Origin: Mobula hypostoma | Lineage: Eukaryota | Direction of reading: 5' to 3' | Length of the DNA stretch: 64,000 nt | Assembly (NCBI RefSeq): GCF_963921235.1 | Contig: NC_086108.1 | Span: forward strand, 86,988,001 to 87,052,000 | Shown here: positions 62,076 to 64,000 of the stretch, one piece after another | Layout of the letters: each line of letters begins with the position of its first letter | Numbering within the stretch: position 1 is the first letter of the stretch | The notes under the pieces: generated by a model | Told to the model about the DNA's origin: nothing | Seen by the model: only the letters and a program-made list of their open reading frames with translations | The model's database searches: none | Translations under genes and position numbers: made by a program

Positions 62076-63459
62076 ATCCAAAATCATTCATTCTTTATCA
62101 TCAGTAGGAATAATCTGGTATTCATTATGACTATTGCATATGAGCCTAATATCTAAGGATAATATTTTAATCTTCAATTTAAAAATATAAAAATTATAAT
62201 CTTAAAAATGTGAAGTCACTGCTAAACTATGAATTAATGAGATACACTATTTCTCTGATCTCCACGCTCGCAGCTATGTTAATGATTCTCTCAACATGTA
62301 TAAATATGTAATTTTTCTCACAAAATCTTGCAGACATGAGATCATTGATTATATTCACAGAACCATGAAAAGATTAAGTAGAACTGTTTTTCAAAGATCT
62401 AGGTGCAGAGGAAGGATTTGTACGTCAGGAACACAATCCATCTGTGCACTATACAAACAAAAGAACAGTGAACTCACATTCATGGTTAAAGGATGGCTGC
62501 CGCCTGCTCTAATTTTACCTGCATAGCAAATCTAACAAGACCAGGCTGGAAGTGGTTTCGCTCCAGAGACCAATCTACTGCAAGCACATTAATCTTGTCC
62601 CACTTTCTAAGCAAACTACAGGACCAGAAAGACCTGTGACAGGCTTATGTTAAATCTCTTACTCAACTAAGGAGCCAGGAATTTAAGAGATTTGCATAAA
62701 TTATTCCACTCCATTCCTCCTGTCACTCTGGGTGGTTACTAACTGCATTGATTGTTTCCTCCCTGTCACATTTTCAGCCCAAAATTAGTCAGAACTTTCA
62801 GGATTCTTGTGTGATGAAGCTATTCTACTGAAGGATGGCAGAAATAAATCAATTAGATGAAGTCTATGTGATTTTGTTCGTTATTAATATAAATCTGCAG
62901 AATTGTTTGGGCAAAATTGCTCAGAAAAATTGTGTCACAAGCTGAATTTTAATTTCTTGACCGGCTTTAGATTAACTAATTAACTGCTTTGGATGTATGC
63001 TGCTTTTGATTTACATTGCATTTTGTTAACGATGGGATTAAACATTGCCAAAGGCAGGTGGGAAGCTGCATGATTCATTGAATAAATCAAATGACAGCTG
63101 AGAGATTTGTTGAGGGCATCTTGGATGCGTTCACACACCTTTAGTGCTGCTGCAAAGTGCGAGGTGTCGCTGTGTGTAAACAGCTCAACAGCTGATCAAT
63201 TCAATCTCCAGACCTGTCAGAAGAATTCTCCAGCACAAGGCAGGTGCCACAGAAACTGGAAATCTCATGTCACAGTATAAACCTTAGTATAAAATCAAAG
63301 GGAAAAAATTACAGATGCTGGAAAGCTGAAGTTAAAAAATATAATGGAGACATTCAACAAGTCAGGCAGCACCTGACGAAAGAGAAGCAAAAAGTTTCAG
63401 GTCCAAGATCAAGAAGCGTAAGTGGGAAAACACATTAGTTTAAAAGGGTAGACTTCTGG

Positions 63460-64000
63460 CCTATAATGCTCCTTCGGTTGACATCTTCTGGATAGATCAA
63501 TAAACCATATATTTCAATCCTTTTATGTCTTTTGTGTTTGTTTTTCATCTTGGATGTGATTCTGGAACTTTTGGAGCTGTGATTTGCTGTTTGGAGTTTG
63601 TTTGGGTGTTCTAGTGCTCTGCAGTCTCCGAGAGGATTCCGGGAGTCGGAGGCAGCATGTGCAAACCTCATAGAGGGCAGGTTGTGGGATAGTGTGAGCC
63701 GACGTTTGACTTCATTTTGCCATTTAAAACTTTTATCATGCGCCGATTAAAGCAATGAGGGAGATTGAAGCATTGAGGCGAAATCTGAGGGTGCCTGCCT
63801 TTTGATCGTTGAGGATCGCTCTGCTATGTTACTGGAGAGGGGAGAGCCTGCCGCCGTGCCGGGAGTATGTTGCCCGGGTTTTTTGCGTTTTCGATGTGGA
63901 CTTGGACTTTTCTTGGTCTTACAGTTTTTTTGTATTTTGTGTTTTTCGCCTGATTATTCTCGTTTTTTTTGTGTGTCTGGGGGTGTTTCGGGGGTTGTTG
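63460..64000 (+). mobile_element. Probable non-autonomous LINE-derived element running off the window edge
   Basis: CpG-containing, T-rich non-coding segment similar in style to 13760-14565; no protein motif seen. Confidence 0.35.

Overview
This is eukaryotic, gene-poor and repeat-saturated vertebrate DNA. The repeat complement (dominant CR1 LINEs, Penelope/Neptune elements, Rex1/Babar, V-SINE-like and Deu-domain SINEs) points to a cartilaginous fish, probably a ray; that assignment is inference. Almost every long ORF is a retroelement or transposon remnant: CR1, Penelope RT/GIY-YIG, Gypsy gag-pol, L1/Tx1, Rex1/Babar, Helitron, Tc1 and Tigger. The only recognisable host-type gene is an orphan, intronless, frameshifted linker histone H1-like gene (52842-53469). 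The main observations are: (1) a ~560-nt non-coding retroelement flanked by a 12-bp target-site duplication (TSD), whose 5' end folds by hand into a complete HDV-like ribozyme with an extra L3 hairpin, with a second truncated copy at 30.2-30.6 kb; (2) a 7.1-kb L1+Rex1 composite bounded by one 10-bp TSD, with a twin-priming-type inversion and nested Helitron and CR1 insertions; (3) a Penelope element inserted into an older Penelope repeat, with its TSD starting at the hammerhead cleavage site; (4) a 124-bp locally templated insertion. All family assignments come from motif recognition by eye; no database search or folding program was run.
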